Assembly (NCBI GenBank): GCA_047495785.1
Contig: JBLDXI010000054.1
Coordinates: forward strand, 3,534,001 to 3,598,000
Direction: 5' to 3'
DNA length: 64,000 nucleotides
Source: Lepidodermella squamata
Lineage: Eukaryota > Animalia > Gastrotricha
In this document: in pieces, positions 24,260 through 41,012 of the stretch
Layout: every line of letters begins with the position of its first letter
How positions within the stretch are numbered: the stretch's first letter is position 1
The notes under the pieces: model-generated
What the model was told of the DNA's origin: nothing
What the model saw: only the letters and a program-made list of their open reading frames with translations
The model's database searches: none
Program-made: the position numbers and the translations under genes

Positions 24260-25641
24260 ATCAGGTGATAAATGATCAACGCATCTCAGTCGTGTCGCTT
24301 TTAGCGAACAATCTTAGTCACGTTACTTAGGCAAAAGCTCGATTTCTGCATCCGGGGCGTGATCAAACGCATTTGTTGGCTGCAAACAGCTGAACTTATC
24401 AAATTACTCAATTTTTTGGGTAATCTTTGGCTTTTACTGATTGATTACAATCGCAGTTGAGGGTTGAAAGTAGCTACATAAAACTGAGCTAATTTGGACA
24501 TGAAATCCACGGCGATTCACGGAGTCAAACTGCGAGAATATGCAATAAATTATTAATCGCTAATAATTTAATTCAGCCCTTCTTTGTTTCAAATTCTCCA
24601 ATGCGAGCTCGAATTGGCCTTGAAATCAAATGAAGTGAACAAATAATAATAACTCCATCCTGATTAGACGATTTTTTTAATTTTATTTTTGTTCAGTCAT
24701 TCCTTTCCATTTATTTTTGCACAAATTTCTAAAACATCTTGAAGGTAAAACTTGCAAGATTCTCAATGAAGTTAAAATTGTCAACACAATGTGATACAGC
24801 AAAATGCCTTGTATATGCCCGCAGTCGCCGCCAAGTTCCGGACCCTGAACATTTCCGGTGCCCATAATTGTTTCAGCTAAAAGCAAGAAATGACGTCGTA
24901 ACTGTTAATTCAAGCCTAAAATTCACCCAGAGAAAACCGGAATTCCATCAAGACGTGGCGGCGACTGCGTCAGAGAGGTGTCAAGTCGAATTAATCATGG
25001 CATCTGCTCCGCGAATAACATTATTAACATCGACAAAACACGCAAAAATAATAGATAAAATAACAATAAAAAGGCCTGTTGTTGGGCTCAAGAAGACGAC
25101 AAGAATTCGATGATGATTGAAGGTTTTTAAATCGATGAATTCCAGCTGACCATTAAAATGTGAAAATGGGGGGTTTGGTGAAATTTATGAAATCTTGACA
25201 TTTTGATATTAAATTAAATTTTAATACATTTTAATTTTAATTTGATTTTAATTTTAATAGCGCTGAAAGAGATGCTGAGAAGTAGGTTGCAAATTTTACC
25301 AGAAATTACTTTCTGACTTTCTGAAAATTGGAATTTTATATGAGTAGTTTAAAATTTACCTCAAAATTCATTTAAAATGAGATTTTTTTCAATTTGTCCA
25401 TAATTTTTAGAGGTATTCTAAGGCAAAGAATCTCCCTCAAAATTCTCCTAAAATCTCCAGTCACCTAAAACGATAAGACTTGGCGTCTCTTCAGAAGGAT
25501 GGGAGGTTGGGAGAATTCAAAATTTACTTTCAAAATTGTTGGAAAATTCGCCACTTTTCACTTGCTAACGGCCAGCTCTTATCACCCCAGCATCATCAAA
25601 CTTTTATTTACATTATTCGGGCTATTATTCTCTCGCTTTCA

Positions 25642-28600
25642 TTAGATGAAAGTGATCTCCTCGGCGGCGAGCGGTAGGCACGTTTTTCGAACAATGTCAT
25701 TGCCGTGAACGGGGCTGAAACAGGCGACCGGGTGCACGGATGAGCCCGGCGGCAGGTCGGCGTCGGGCTCGCTGCTCCGCACGCCGCTCGTGCCGTCGCC
25801 CTCATCGCTGCCGGGGTTTAGCACGAAACTGCGATAGCCACTGCTGCTTTTCTTGTCGCGATTGAAATCAGGCGAGCACGTGCACAGCTCGGTTTGGCTG
25901 TTCGACATGTAGAGGCGGTGGTCGCGCCGCCGGCACTCGCCCATATCGCCCGGGTAGCTGTTGCTCGTGTTGCGGTTGATGAGCAGGTCAACGCCCGCGT
26001 CGTCGTCGCCGCCGCCCAGGTCGATGCCGTCGAGCGTGGCCGGCGGCGCGGGCGGCGGCGGCGACAGGAACAAATTGAGCCCAGCCGAGTTGCCGCGGTG
26101 CCGCCCGTAGCCGTAGTGCGAGTTGAAGCGCCGCCGCGGGTCGTTCCGCGCCTCGTAGTACGCCGCCGTCGATTCGTCTTGGCTCTGGTCGCCCGTCGAC
26201 GAATCGAGCGGCGCCCTCGAGGCACTGTGCGGTTGGGGAAATGCCGATAGCAAAATCGGTCTTGGCACCTGATGGGAATAACAGATGTTACACGGAAATT
26301 AGCATTTTTGTCCGTTAAAAAGTTGAACTATTAGAATAGAGGAAAATTTAGCCAAGAGTAAAGTTATTGCTTGACACCTCAATTTTCATAAGTTTCATGC
26401 ATGGAAAACGGGAATTTCTTAAATGATATTTCCAAGTAGAATGAATCATAGCCGATGTTTGATTTTTAAGCTTTCGAAGTCTGAACAAGGGTCATGAGCA
26501 GCTCTTATCATTAAATATCAGTTGCAAGCGCTCCAGTTCACAAAATAGGTTTACTTTAGTCTCTGAGCTCTCAAATTCAATTTACAGCCTATCAAAAGCC
26601 TAGCTGATATGTGTATTTTTAAAAAGCTATACGAGTTCGTTTATAGATTCATGACATCAGAAATCGGTAATCAAAAGTCAAGAAAGTTTTTTCCCATTTA
26701 TGCATTTGAAGGTGCAAGCTGGCATATGCAAATTTTTTAGAAATATCAAGGCATGATTCTTCGTTTGAAATCGTAAATCGGAATAGCGGGGAGATTTTGT
26801 CATGCTAGCGAGATGATGTGCCTTGAACCAAAAATTTTAAATTTTAACAGAAAAAACAGAAAAGTTATCATCCATTTTTTAATTAGATGCATCCATTTTT
26901 ACCTGGGCAGCAATTAATTTTTATCAGAAGGGAAGCTATCAACCGTTAAAAACCGTAAAAACAGGTCAATGACATTTTATCTCGTTGCCGTGAATTTTTT
27001 CTGGAATTATTTAGATATTCAGAGACTCCTTAAACGGGTGTCAAATGCACCAGGAAAATCAATTCTATAAAACAGGAAATTGCAGAAATATGCACATACA
27101 AAAGATAGATTCTACCAAGAGAGTGTCTAATAATCTATTAGAAATGGCCTATTATAACTAAATTATACCATTGGACAAAATGTTAGTCAATGAAATCCGC
27201 CTAGAACCCATCAGAGTCGTCACTAATATAACGCTGAAGTTGAATACGTTAATAGGTAATGTTAATAAATTTTATAATTAAATCGCAACTAACCTGATGT
27301 TCTTCCATTTGTGCAGGCGTGCGGAAGGTAGAAAAAGTTTGAGGTGGAGGAGTAGGTGAGTAAATAAGCCGCGTCGACGTGTTAGGCGAGACGTGAGGCG
27401 CCTGGGACAGCGCTGGCACCGGACTGCTCGTCAAACTAACGTGCGACCGCAAGCCGTCGTGGTGTTGCCGGTGCTGCCGATGTCGAGATCTCGGCGACCG
27501 GCCTGGTTCAGGCGTTCGAGGCTGTTTCACCCGAGAGCCGCTCGGCGTCGAGGCGATGGGCGGCATTTCGTTGCTTTTCGTTTTCAACAACGGCCTGCGA
27601 TCGGTTGCCGCCTTCGCGTCGACTGCTGGCTTCACTATTTCAGTGTTGGAAGCCGATGACGGCACGGTGGCTGGCGGGGGTGCGAGAAAAATGTTGGCCT
27701 CCCGACACCGTGTGGGTGCACGTTTTAAATTAGGACAGTTTGGTACCTGAGAGTGATAAATTAAAAAATTATTAAGAGCTGAATTTTTATGAAAATTACG
27801 CTCTAATAAACCGTTAAATAATTAAAGAAAATCAATTCGCTAACGGGCTTTGAAAATGCAGAAAATTAAAGAAGATGTGCTGAGTGTTAATTACGGGTGG
27901 CATGCATTGATCAATACTTTTTGCGGGCTTCAATATGATGCTAGGACTCGCGTATGGTGAGACAAATCGGTGTTGGGCTGTTTATACACATATTTTTATT
28001 ATATGGCGTAAATCGAATCGAATTTCTTCTATTTTGCAAATTCAATTTAATTATAAAAAAAATCAATTTTTGAGGTTTGTTTGATTCAGTACTTTGCCAA
28101 CCGTGTCATTTTTTTTATAAAATTTCGTTATTCAACACAACTCCAAAATTGACGGTAGAATTTGTAACAGAATTGCGGCAAAACACGATTTTTTTCATCA
28201 CTTGTGTGTAATAATTTTGCTGCCTAATTTTTTATAGGTCACGGCTTACTTTTGAGGTTGAGCAAGCAATAACGAGACAGCAGCCGCCAAGTGATGACAT
28301 GACGATGGCGATGAGAACGGCAACTGTGACTAGTATGCCCTGTGGAATGCTTTGTTGGTTCATGCCGATATTCTCGCCATCCTGCCACTTGGTAGCCGTG
28401 CTCGTCGTCGAGTTGCCGTCGTCACTGGTTTCGGCGTTCTCTTCACCGCCCGCGCCGTCACTGTTCCTAGCATCAGCATCGGCGCGGCTCGTACTTTGGC
28501 CGTAGTTGGCTTCGACCCAATCGCTGATGGGCTCGTAGTTGCCAGCAGCGGTTTTCTCGTCGAAGCCAATCGGCACTATATTGGTAGAATCAGCGTAGCC

Positions 28601-30456
28601 ATTTTCAGGCCGATTGGTACTGCCAGTAATCCTAGTTGTGAGCAATTTTCGCAGCGGTGTAGTTGCTGATTGAGGATTTTTAGCCCTTTGAAAAGTACAA
28701 AACAGAATAATAATCAAAGAATTCCATCGGTTTTTTAAATATAAGAATAATAAAGATTTGTGTCCGGGATGGAACGTTTTGACCTCAAAAACACGTTTTG
28801 ACCTATTTTTATAATGAATCATAGTCATAAATTGGGCTGGCGGGAAGTAGGTCACGGTTAACGATAGGCAAATTAAAGATAGCGCGTGGTTTTTTTGCCC
28901 TATGAAGTCGACTTCAGCTTAGAAAATAACCCTCATTGCGTACAAGTCAATTTTCATCATCACCTCTGAGTATTTTGTGAAGAGGAAGTTTGTCTGTAAA
29001 AACTAGTTGTCGTTGAGGTAGTCGGAGTAGTTGAACGTTCGATCTCCGGCATCGTAGTCGGCCAAAAAAATGGCACAGTTGGCGTGTCAACCGCCCGTTG
29101 CGTTACGTCAAAATTCGTCATCAACGACGCCGCACCCAACGGATTCACCGCCTTACAAACCAGCCTGACTTGATTCGCCATTGAATAGCCGTTTGAGACA
29201 GCGACAGCCGGACGATTGGCCACGGTCAAAAACGCCTGGGATACGATGACAATGGCACCTGGTGACGACGGTGCAGCGTAGGCACTCGGCGAGATGACAG
29301 TTGTTGAATTTTCGACGAGAGATAACGCCCAGTTGTACTCGTCCTCGGCGCGAGGGAAGTGCCAACTAACAGACGCCACCGGATTTCCGGCGGCTGAACA
29401 CCGAAATCGCGTCTGATTTTTCTCCCTCAGCTGTTCGACATCAATTCCTATCACGCTAGCTGGTGAGCAGGTAAAATCGCGCAGAGAGTCAATTAGTAAC
29501 CCGTTTCGTTGAGACGGTAGTACGCAGACCGGGACAGGCAGGCCGTGGCCACTCGCCGAGCCGAATTCGTCGACCGGATTCAAAGACCTGGTTCTGTTGA
29601 GGCGATTCACAAAAACCCGCGCCAGCCATTCAACAGCGCAATCACACACCCAAGGATTTTTCGCGACGTCGAATAACGAAATTGCGGTGAAAAACGGCTC
29701 GAATCTCGGGCTGAGACTCGTTATCTCATTCTCCGACGCGACCAAGCTCTCCAGAGACATAGCGAGGGGTAGAAAAACGTCTGGGCTTAGTGTCGTCAAT
29801 TTACATCGCCGCAGTCTCAAACTGCGTATCGTCGCGTTTTCAAACGCCTTTTCCGAAAAAATAATACCAGGATTGTCGTCGAGGAGTAAAGCTTCGAGAT
29901 TCGTTGCGAAAAAAGCCTGGGCGTCGATGATTATCCCGCCGCGGTTGTATGACAAATCGAGAATGGCAAGTCTAGGCATTTGAGCGAAAGTCATGCCGGT
30001 CACGCGTCGCACTGAGCAGTTTCGTAAACTGAGCGTTTTCAGCTGCTGCCATTCGGTGAAGTTCGCGTACGTTATCGCAGTGTTGAACACGTTGTCGTTC
30101 AGCCACATCGCATGTGGCAGCGAGGTGGTGTAATTTGTGCGCCGATTTTTTGTTGGCACTTGGCGCAATGACCGCGCCGTGCAGTTGATGTAGCCCCGCA
30201 TGCACGCACATTCCAACGGGCAGTTCAGGTCGATGCGGTCGAGGTCGAGGATAGAACGAGGGATTGTCGAAACACCGGCGGGCAAGGCTTGGGTTGTCAC
30301 GAAGTTCCGCCGTTTGCCGCCGCCTCCTCCTCCGCCTCCTCCCTGCTGCCCGCCTGGTTCTGCGGCGTGGCATACCACCGCGAGGCTGATGATGAGCAGC
30401 AAAATGAGCCGGATGAAATTAGCCGTGTTGAGGCTTGGAAGTTCGCGGACGGCCAT
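25642..30456 (-). CDS. LRR + Ig single-pass transmembrane receptor/adhesion protein (exons 30456-28964, 28685-28250, 27746-27294, 26268-25642)
   Basis: Signal peptide, LRRNT CPLECAC, LxxLxLxxN repeats, LRRCT NPWVCDC, Ig FRCSAAGNP...W...VCKAVNPLG, Thr-rich stalk, TM GILVTVAVLIAIVMSSLGGCCLVIAC, low-complexity tail ending EEITFI; splice phases 2,0,0 are consistent. Confidence 0.88.
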
Positions 30457-33400
30457 TGCTGGCTTGGGTTAAACCATGTTTTCACGTAAAGATCAACTCA
30501 GCATGTTTTCTCATATTTTAAATTAAATTTCTAAGAATCATATCAGAGCAACAGGAATAAATTGGTTTCTCAAAAAAATTGACCTCAAACATAGATTCAA
30601 TGGAATAACATGATCAATTTTCTACACATACCTAATTTCTATAGAATCGCAGCAGATAGTGAGGATCATGTTATCTAATTTGCTGACAAAGGTAGCGATG
30701 TATTATTTTTTCTCTATAAAACAATGCGCTGATATCTTTTAACATTCGATTGCGTAATAATTTAACGAAAAAAATAAAAAATTGCATCAAGTTAAAGGTC
30801 TGCCATATTTACTTTTCATCGCATTTTTTGCGACAACGGTAACTACGATATCGATTAGTTTCGGTGCTATTTGACTTGAGATTAAATAGTTTTCCGGCTG
30901 TCGACAGTTAGGTCGACAGCTAGGCGAAAAATAGCGCTGGTGACATTCTCGTAACGAAATTTCGGCAAAAAAATATAGTTGAGTGCGGAAATTCGCGCAC
31001 TCTTGAGTCGAGTTGAAAAAAAATCAACAAAACAAGTTATTCACAATAAGAAAAACGCAAATTAAGATGGAATTTTTCAATTCGCGAGATATTTGAGCAT
31101 CAAACATTGCGAATCTACAAAATGTTATGATGGATGAAAGCGTCCCGAATTTATCATATCGATACTGTCGAAAAAGCGTCCCATTTTGAATATTCAAAAA
31201 CAAGAGAAACAATAATAACGATATCATAATTATCCCCCGAGATGGTTAAGCGTGCATGCGTTTAATTAAGCGCAACCGGATATAGCGCAAAAATTAGCTC
31301 AAGAGGGACCGCGCTTGTACATCAACAATGATCCACAAAACGAGGCGATAGATGCGATGCCGGCGGGAAAAATTTCGCGCAGCCGAACAAGACGCGATGT
31401 TTTTGCAAGTTTTAATAATATCAGCCGCAAAACGGCTGGTTGTTGTAATAATCGTTTATTACTTATTCAAACTACAAAACGCGGTGATGATTGAGGGTTC
31501 CTCGTTTCCGTGCGCTGTCAGCGCGAACATCGCAATTAAAAATAATCGTAATTATAAAATTCTAGAGACAATATGTCGTCCGGGTCATTGCCGTATCAAC
31601 AAACATATATCTGCAGCTATCAATTTATCAATCGGCCCGTCGACTGACGATGTTATAACTACCAGTGTTTATGGCTTCCGCGGCGAGTTGCTGGCGTGAA
31701 TGACACTGATGCGTTCCGTTGTTTCATCAATTTTGATCGGCGTCGGCGATGCGAACAAGTGCGCGAGGTCACAAGCGGGCAAACGCACCGTGACAACTGC
31801 CATGTAAACATGTGAGAATCACAAATTTACATTTCGTTATTGATACCATCATCGAAAAGTTATATCATCTCGGAATGAGTCGTATTTTTCAGTGCATTCT
31901 CGCGCGCGCGCAGTAAATCGCCTAATACCTTGGATGACGATGGGATCAAATAAAACGAAAATAGAGTGAGAGGGATATAACGCCAACGCACCAGTGAGAA
32001 AAATGATTGTTTTTTTTCTCTGCGCCAAAAACTAGTTGGAGACAAATAAGGCGTATCAAATGACACGAAGCAAAAACAAAGTTCGTCATTGTTAGGGTCA
32101 TGTTTCGAGATGGAATTCAATTTGCAAAAAATAAACTACAGGCCCTTTATTTACTGTGGGCCACAAACAACGGCGTGTAGAATATGAAAGGTGATACGGC
32201 TATTGTCGTTGCTTTTACATAATATACCGTATAACGCAGGGCTGGTGAATTGCACTTATGGATTTATGATGGTTAGCGTGCGCGGAGTGGCGGTGTCTGA
32301 CACGATTATTACAGCTTAATTACCCACCCGTCAGGAGCGGGCAGGTCAAAAGTGCCGCTATTAGGAGTTTGGCGTTGTAATCGCCCACTGCGACGCTGCT
32401 TGCAGGCCGACATCAAAACGACGACAATCAGCAGTGGGTCATCGCGACACGAAACACGAATCCGCCCATCGACTTCGCATCAATTTCGCAGGCGAAGACG
32501 AAGAGGAGAGATAACGCAGAGCGGTGATGATGATTGAATTGCAGCCAGAATATTGGACGCGGGATGACGATATATTATGAAAAAACTAACCAACGCTCGC
32601 GGCTCAGTATCAATATCGCTATCAATCACTGCGGGTGCCGGCGAGTTGCGGATACATACAAAGCAATTTGTATCGAATAACGCGTTCTACAAAGATAAAT
32701 CTATGTGCTGCATAGCCATGTGATTTGGCTACTATTATTGACAAAGTACCAGCCAGCAGCTATTAGATGAACGCGCAAAATAAAGGCTTGAATAAATAAT
32801 ATTCGATTTCGGGACATCTATCGTCCAGAATGAAAAAAATACCACGTTTTTTCCCTGATGAATACAAAAAACTCCTCACACTTCGTAGCGCAGAGAAATC
32901 TGTGAATTAATTGCTGGCCAGTTTCGTTGACGCAATCTAAATACCTATGAATAGAAGGCATTGACAAGCAAATTGGGTCATTGGATTTTTGGGAGGTAGG
33001 AGGCCGTGTATATTCGAGTGCTGCGTAGGATACCGCCTCTTTACGTGAAACAATAATAGAAAAACACACGCCGAAAAATGCCTAGAAATAATAACAACAA
33101 CAATAAGTAGTAAAACAGGTGTATCTCTTACAACTGGGGATTATTATCTCTCTGCTCTATATTTTATAAATTGCTCGCGTGTAAAGAAGCCCCGTGGCTG
33201 CTGGTGTGCGCGTAAAAACGGATAAAAATACGAAAGAGCGCGCGTTGTTCGGCCGCTTCAGGTGACGCGCACTTCACTAGACTCATCATCATCATCCGCA
33301 CTTTTACAGGTATTAATAATGATGGATGCTGCAATATAGCATTAATATGATATTATTTTGCTATTATTTCAGTCTCGTGCGCCAACTTTATTGCCCACCA

Positions 33401-36205
33401 GTTTTGTAGCACTCAAGGTATATTAGCCACTGATGATGAGATTGTTTTCAATTAATAATGATATACCAATGCATTGTTATGAAGTTTACGCCACATAGCG
33501 TATGTCGACTCGTTGCTTTCTGATCGAAATGCATATAAAGCAAAACAATTGCTGAGGTTTATTGATCGCTGAAATACTTAACCGATTTCAGCTGCAGCCT
33601 TGCAATCATTGCTACATGAATGGTTAAAAAAACCGAAAGCAGTAAAAACGAAGAGAAAATAAAAAAGGTCTAGAAAAGTTCGTAGGGATACAATAAAAGT
33701 GCCAGAGTTGTTTCGAAATTTGAAGGTGTTGCGATCGGTAAAAACGAAGTACGTCTAATTAGAAAAAAATCCCATCATTGAATTATCGTTGTTTTTTACA
33801 ATATTTGAAAAGAAGGAAAAATTTTAAATAAAGATAATGGAACGCACAGATAATTTAGCATGATTAAATTAAGCCATTTGAATTTTTTTTGGGATGAAAA
33901 AGTCTGGAAATTATGGCATGTTCCGATATGTGGTGCATCGAAGCGTGTTCATTGCTATGATATCAGCGAAATATGTGATAAAAACGCACCCATCAAGACG
34001 TGAAAGCTATCACGAGCCTCTAGGCATGAGTGGTTTGGACGCAGCTAAACTCCTACTGTCAATGTTTGTTTTTAGCTTGAAAAATGAAATTCTTGTTTTC
34101 ATTGGGCGCGCAGAAGGTAGGAATTAGCCACACAGGTACGAATGGCGTCAAATAATTACTGTGTCAATCAAAGAGTTTTTACACCCTGTCAATAGAAATT
34201 TTGGTCTCTGATGAGATGGCCCATCATGAAGATGACGAATGCGCCGGAAAAAATACGGTCACTATAAGTCACCGCGATAGCAAAAAATTGGCGCGAAATT
34301 TTCTGAGCGCAAAAGTAACAATATTAGGCACCTAAATTGCCATGTTTTTATTGCGATTTACGAGCCGATAGCGACGCGTCGACGTGTGCGCTCAATGCTG
34401 AGAGAACCCGGTATTTAACATGGCGCCATACCGATTTTTTTAGAGAGCGCCATCAATGCACAGCGGCCTATTTGTTGCTCTATTATATACATACCCTACA
34501 CACCTATCTACTATTAATTTATTGAGCTGGGCCACTCGAGTGTCTGTTCGAGATTTCGCGCACAAATAGCCGCAACTTGGCTATGCGCATGTTATAAAAA
34601 GAAGAAACAAAAGCGCATAAATAATAATTATTATGACAGGACAGTGGTATGAAAATAATGAGCGACGATTCCCGGCCTCTGGCCGCCCCTTTTTACATGC
34701 TTGGTGTATAAGACAGATTTTTACTCTCATGAATACCTGTGTGTTATAGAGCAGAGACACGAAGCGCCGCAGAAAGGCACATCGGTATAGCCGGTGCAAA
34801 TTGGGTCATTAATCAATGGCAGCCAAGCGAGTATCATCTCCTTTTGCCAGCCTATGGCGCCTCAAAAGAAAGCAATTACCACCTGAGAGGCAAGATATGA
34901 TAACTATCGGCGATACCGATGCTTTTAAATATAGAGACAAGAGCGTTAAATTTAGGGAATTTACACGAAGTACAAACCTCTTGAAAGTACATGATAACAA
35001 TAATTACTTCTAGTGCTGGGTACTCGCAGAATATGTAAATCGGATGCAATAAGATCAAAGCATGCATCCGCGTATTTTCTATTAATATTAAAAAAATCAA
35101 TCTTTGTTATGTTTCAATTTTGATCGGTTGAAAATTCCATCGGTGCATTGAGATTTTTCGCTATTTTGCACAACAGGATATCGGCAGTTTTTCGGTATTT
35201 ACAAACAAGTATTTGATCAGACGAGATATCGCCGGAAATTGGTAAATATAATATATAATGTTGCCAACTGGTGGGCTGAGTTTGATGAGCCGATGTTATA
35301 AAACTCGATGATGTGGTAACAATAAAAAAAATAGCCGACATTTTGTTGTTTTACGAGCGCTGAAATTGTTCGCAGCAAAGTGGATGAGCAGACTATTTTA
35401 TGGTCCAACGAACGGCCTGCCGAAAGGTAGAATGTTTGTGTAAGATTATTTTTATTACATTAGCCCAGTCCGGTAAGAAGTCTCTCTTTTTCTGCCGCTC
35501 GATTATATCTAGAAAACCGTGTTCGCGGGCGGGGTAAAAGCAACACTCTGCTTTGTTGATGATGGGTAAATTACGGTTTGTAAATTGCCGAGCCGAGTTT
35601 AATACGCAGCCGATCACGCGCTATTTCAGCAGTTGCTTTCTGTACCATAACACTGATTTTCATCGCCCATTAAATAGCGCATGACTTTCGCCGATGTAAA
35701 AAGCAAACTGCTAACAATCACGCGTTGAAAATAAATCTTCCTCCTTAACATTTCTCGAGTTGTTGCTTGAACGTTTACCAATTTTCACATGTTTTTTACG
35801 TGACGAGGAGAAAAAAGACAAATTATTGAAGGTACAATCTGTTTTATTTTTTTCTTTCTTTCGGCCCTGAAAAAATTATCCCAATCAAATCCTTGACGGA
35901 ATACAGGCATCTTAGGCATCAATAATACTGGCGATACAAGATGCTCGCATCCGGTAGGGCGGCAAGCAAATTCTGGGCGTAGACTAAAGATTGTTGTAAT
36001 TACGAGAGTACTGAGATTCGATATTGGTAATAATAATGGCGATGTAAGAAAACGCGTTTGTAGATTATCTGTATTATTTTTTAGCGACGACAGTCAAAAA
36101 AAGATACGATTGAAATGCGAAGTGAAGAATAGCAAGTCATGTTGTCTTGCATTAGCGTTTTTAAATGAAAGATGTGACGTAAAATTAGGTCGGAGAACAT
36201 CGTGA

Positions 36206-37672
<1,467 letters not shown>

Positions 37673-37801
37673 GTTTGTGTGTGTTAGATAGAAGATAAAA
37701 TGTAAAAGATGAAATAAACTTTCTCTGTACTATACACAGCTATGCACAGTAAAACAGGCGAAAACGCGAACGCTAATGAAAAAGAAAAAACGGTATTAGG
37801 G

Positions 37802-37849
37802 TTTATATAGGCTACCTCATTTGCATATCGCTCATTAAAACCTAGCAAC
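37802..37849 (-). promoter_or_regulatory. Putative beta-tubulin proximal promoter: TATA box, octamer, RFX half-site
   Basis: TATATAAA (minus strand, 37802-37809), ATTTGCAT (37819-37826), CCTAGCAAC (37841-37849), located 130-180 nt upstream of the ATG. Confidence 0.45.
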
Positions 37850-38421
37850 GCCGAGCATGGGCGGGAAAAGCTATTTTTAGTAACATAACATTAAAGTGTG
37901 ACGAACAGTTGCTGCGCCGTTTGCATTGTTTACTTGGCGCGAAGTCGATCGCGCATTAAAGCTCGTGTGCTCGAGAGAGAGGGAGAAAACGAGGTCGACA
38001 AGAGAGAACATGGAATGTACGGTCTCGAGGGAGCGGCGCGTGCGCTCATAAACAGGAGCAGAAGGCATGACAACACTCATCGCGCAATATAATCCCGGTT
38101 CATCCATCGGCTTGTGGGCTTGTGTGTTATGATTAAGTCGAAAAGCCAAAGCAACGGCAATTCAAATGCCATCAAAGAAAGTGATACTTACGCAGCCGAC
38201 GTGACGACGCTTGCATTCATTATTAAACCAGCCGCCTCAAGAAATCGGAAAATCAAATTGCTATGAGCCGCGAAAACGCTAATGTGATGACGTCATGAAA
38301 TAAAAGACAATCATTCAGAGTTTTAAATTTTATTAGTCACGCAAAAATAATACCAATATTTTTATTAATTATGAGCATCTTCAATTATGTGTGTTTAAAA
38401 GAGCTATTATTTTTTGATGAT

Positions 38422-39730
38422 TTATACAGATGTTTGCGAGGTAATAACCGTCGACGCTGACGTTGTGGCAGCCGGTGCTGTTGCCGAGCGGTTCATGCGT
38501 CGGCGACTCCGCCGCTTGGCCAATATCGTCATCCAAGATGGTTGCTTGCCTTTAAAATCGATACTGTCACGTGTTAGCCAAAACACGAGGCAGGACAAGA
38601 AAACACACAGGACAAAAATGCTGATCAACATCGTCCAAATCCAGCCGCGAGACAAATTTTTATCGGCAGCTGAAACATCTTCTTCCGTGCCGAGCCAAAT
38701 GTGAGTGTAGTCTTTCCAGTTGGCCTTTGCCAACACGTCGACGGTCGAGTTGCCGTTACCCGCCCAAAATTGCGTCGGCGCCGATTTTTCCATCAGATTT
38801 TTAATAACAACAAAACCAGACCAAGAGCCGTTGCCTGGGTACTCGATCAAATGCGTCCATCGCGTAATGTTTCGGCGTGATTTTTGTTCGAAGCTTATCG
38901 CATCGCCAAACCAGCACGCCTGGCCGCGGTGGGCGTGTAAATTCCAGGTAACGTTGATAACACTTCGCGGGTTCGCTAGATTAATGCTCGAACCCAACCA
39001 GTGAGACCGGTAAATTCCGAGCCCGGCGTCCGAAATCACCTGACCCCGCCAGATGGAGACGATTTTGTGTGAGGTTTTCAGTCGAAAAATTAAGTGATGA
39101 AACGAGTAAGAAGAGCTGTCTGTGTACTCGCCGGGGAAAAGCTTGTTTAATGGCGCCATTTTTGCCCACTCATGATGAACTTCGATTTGGAGATCACTAG
39201 CAGACGATGAATTTCCTAAATCGAAAAGCGGTGCAGAAAATTCCGATACGTGTTTTATTTCCGAATGCCTGACGTTCGGGAGAGTAAAATTGGCTATAAA
39301 ATAAAGATTAATCATGTATGCAAATTACAAAATTATGGTTTAAATTACGCGAAACGATTGTGCCATTGTTGACGTTAGTTACGTGAAAATCTGGAAGCGT
39401 TTCATTTCCTTGCGTAAAATTCGACTTGGAGATTTCAACGTGAATGGCCTGAAGCGCCTGAAGCGCCTCAGGTACCAAAGCGGCTAGAAGAATCAAGTTC
39501 ATTTGGCTGTAGTCAGGCATAGGATGCGTGCAACCGTATTTTTCAGGCACAGTCGACGCGATGATTTCATTTCGCTGTTTTTCCGGCATCGCCTCGCTGA
39601 TTTTAAGCAGAGAGTCGTTTGTCTGAAGGTCGAATTCATTGTGCGACTGGTCACTGGAGACCGAAGATGAGCCGATAACAACGGTAATTAACAAACAGAT
39701 GTTGAAGAACACCATCGTTTTACGTTTCAT
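38422..39730 (-). CDS. Orphan type I membrane glycoprotein (2 exons; intron ~39294-39348)
   Basis: Signal peptide MVFFNICLLITVVIGSS, many N-x-S/T sites, TM WIWTMLISIFVLCVFLSCLVFWL, basic tail, C-terminus QTSV; a phase-1 GTAATT...TTATAG intron joins the two ORFs. Confidence 0.7.
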
Positions 39731-41012
39731 TATTATTTCATGATGGCACATTTTCATGTAAAAACAGACAATTATTGTGGGAATAAAAAACGACGATGCC
39801 CGCTGATAATTTCTATGTGTTTTCACTATTATTTTTCTTTACGTTGGGGCTTATGGCTGGTTGTAAAAATAATTCATTGACTTCTGTTGAATTTGGCACG
39901 CGAGCGTCTAGAGCACGTGTTTTTCTGGTGTGTAACCATCAGAGTTCAAGAATTAACCTAAAAATAGACCGATAATTAGGCGACAATGACGAAAGTGTAA
40001 CACGTCGCGCCTCCCAGTTTTTTTCTCTTGATTTTTTCCCCTAAAAGCCAGACAGAAAACGGACCCCATCCAATCAGCCAATGTGACCCCATCCTATCAG
40101 CCAGTGCCGCTATATTTACAACATCCAATTGGCCCAGACCAGGATTGTATTTCAAATACAAAAAAGACATTTTCCGTCCAAAAAATATGAAGGTACTATC
40201 AAAAAAATATTACACGAAGCCCCAAGGTAAAACTGTGGATTAGTCCAATATCTCAAAAACTGTCGATATTCCAAAAAATGTATGTAGAAGTGGGGCGTTT
40301 TTTTACCAGCGGAGAATTTTAAAGAACATCGATGCGAGAGGAGGTGTCTAAAATTAAATCGAAATTATTACACCAGAGAGCCAGAACAACAGGTCCGATT
40401 CTCCTTTCGCAGACGTTGAATTGATTAGTTTTATGATGGATGACATTTTTTAGGCCCTGTTAGATTCGCCTAAACCTGGAAGCCCATTATTAGAATGTCA
40501 GAGTCCTAGAGCTAATCGACTGTCAATTTCCGCAGCATTTTTTAATTTACGAAAGTTTTACACATTTTATAGATATAGCTTCCCCTAGAGTACTTCGTTT
40601 CCTGATACAAGTTCGGCAAGCTCGACGTCGGCTATAAGTTGCCTTTCATTACAATTAAAGCTCATTAAAATTGTTCGAACCTCGGCTTTTTGCCTGGTAG
40701 TTCAACAGTTGGGTTACTTGTTTAATTGTTCATGTTTTATCAACTGCTGCAACTTATAATTTAGGATCTCCTTTGCCTCGTTCTAAGGAGGCACCGCGTC
40801 ATCGACATTGCCGACAGGTGGACCGATGGAAATCTCGGCTATAACAGTGACTTCGTCCGGCTGTGTTACGCAACTTTTTCCAACATCATATTACCCAGCG
40901 CGTGCCGTCGCAAAAAACGCGTGCCGCCCAGAATTGCGCGGCGGCAAATGAAATTCAAAAAAATTTATTTCATTTAAATTGTTTCTTTTACGCGAATTAT
41001 ATCGATTTTCAA

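Noticed and set aside
25642-26268. Very GC-rich island suggesting foreign DNA
   Set aside because: Splices in frame as the last exon of the LRR-Ig gene; its overlapping Arg-rich ORFs are shadow frames.
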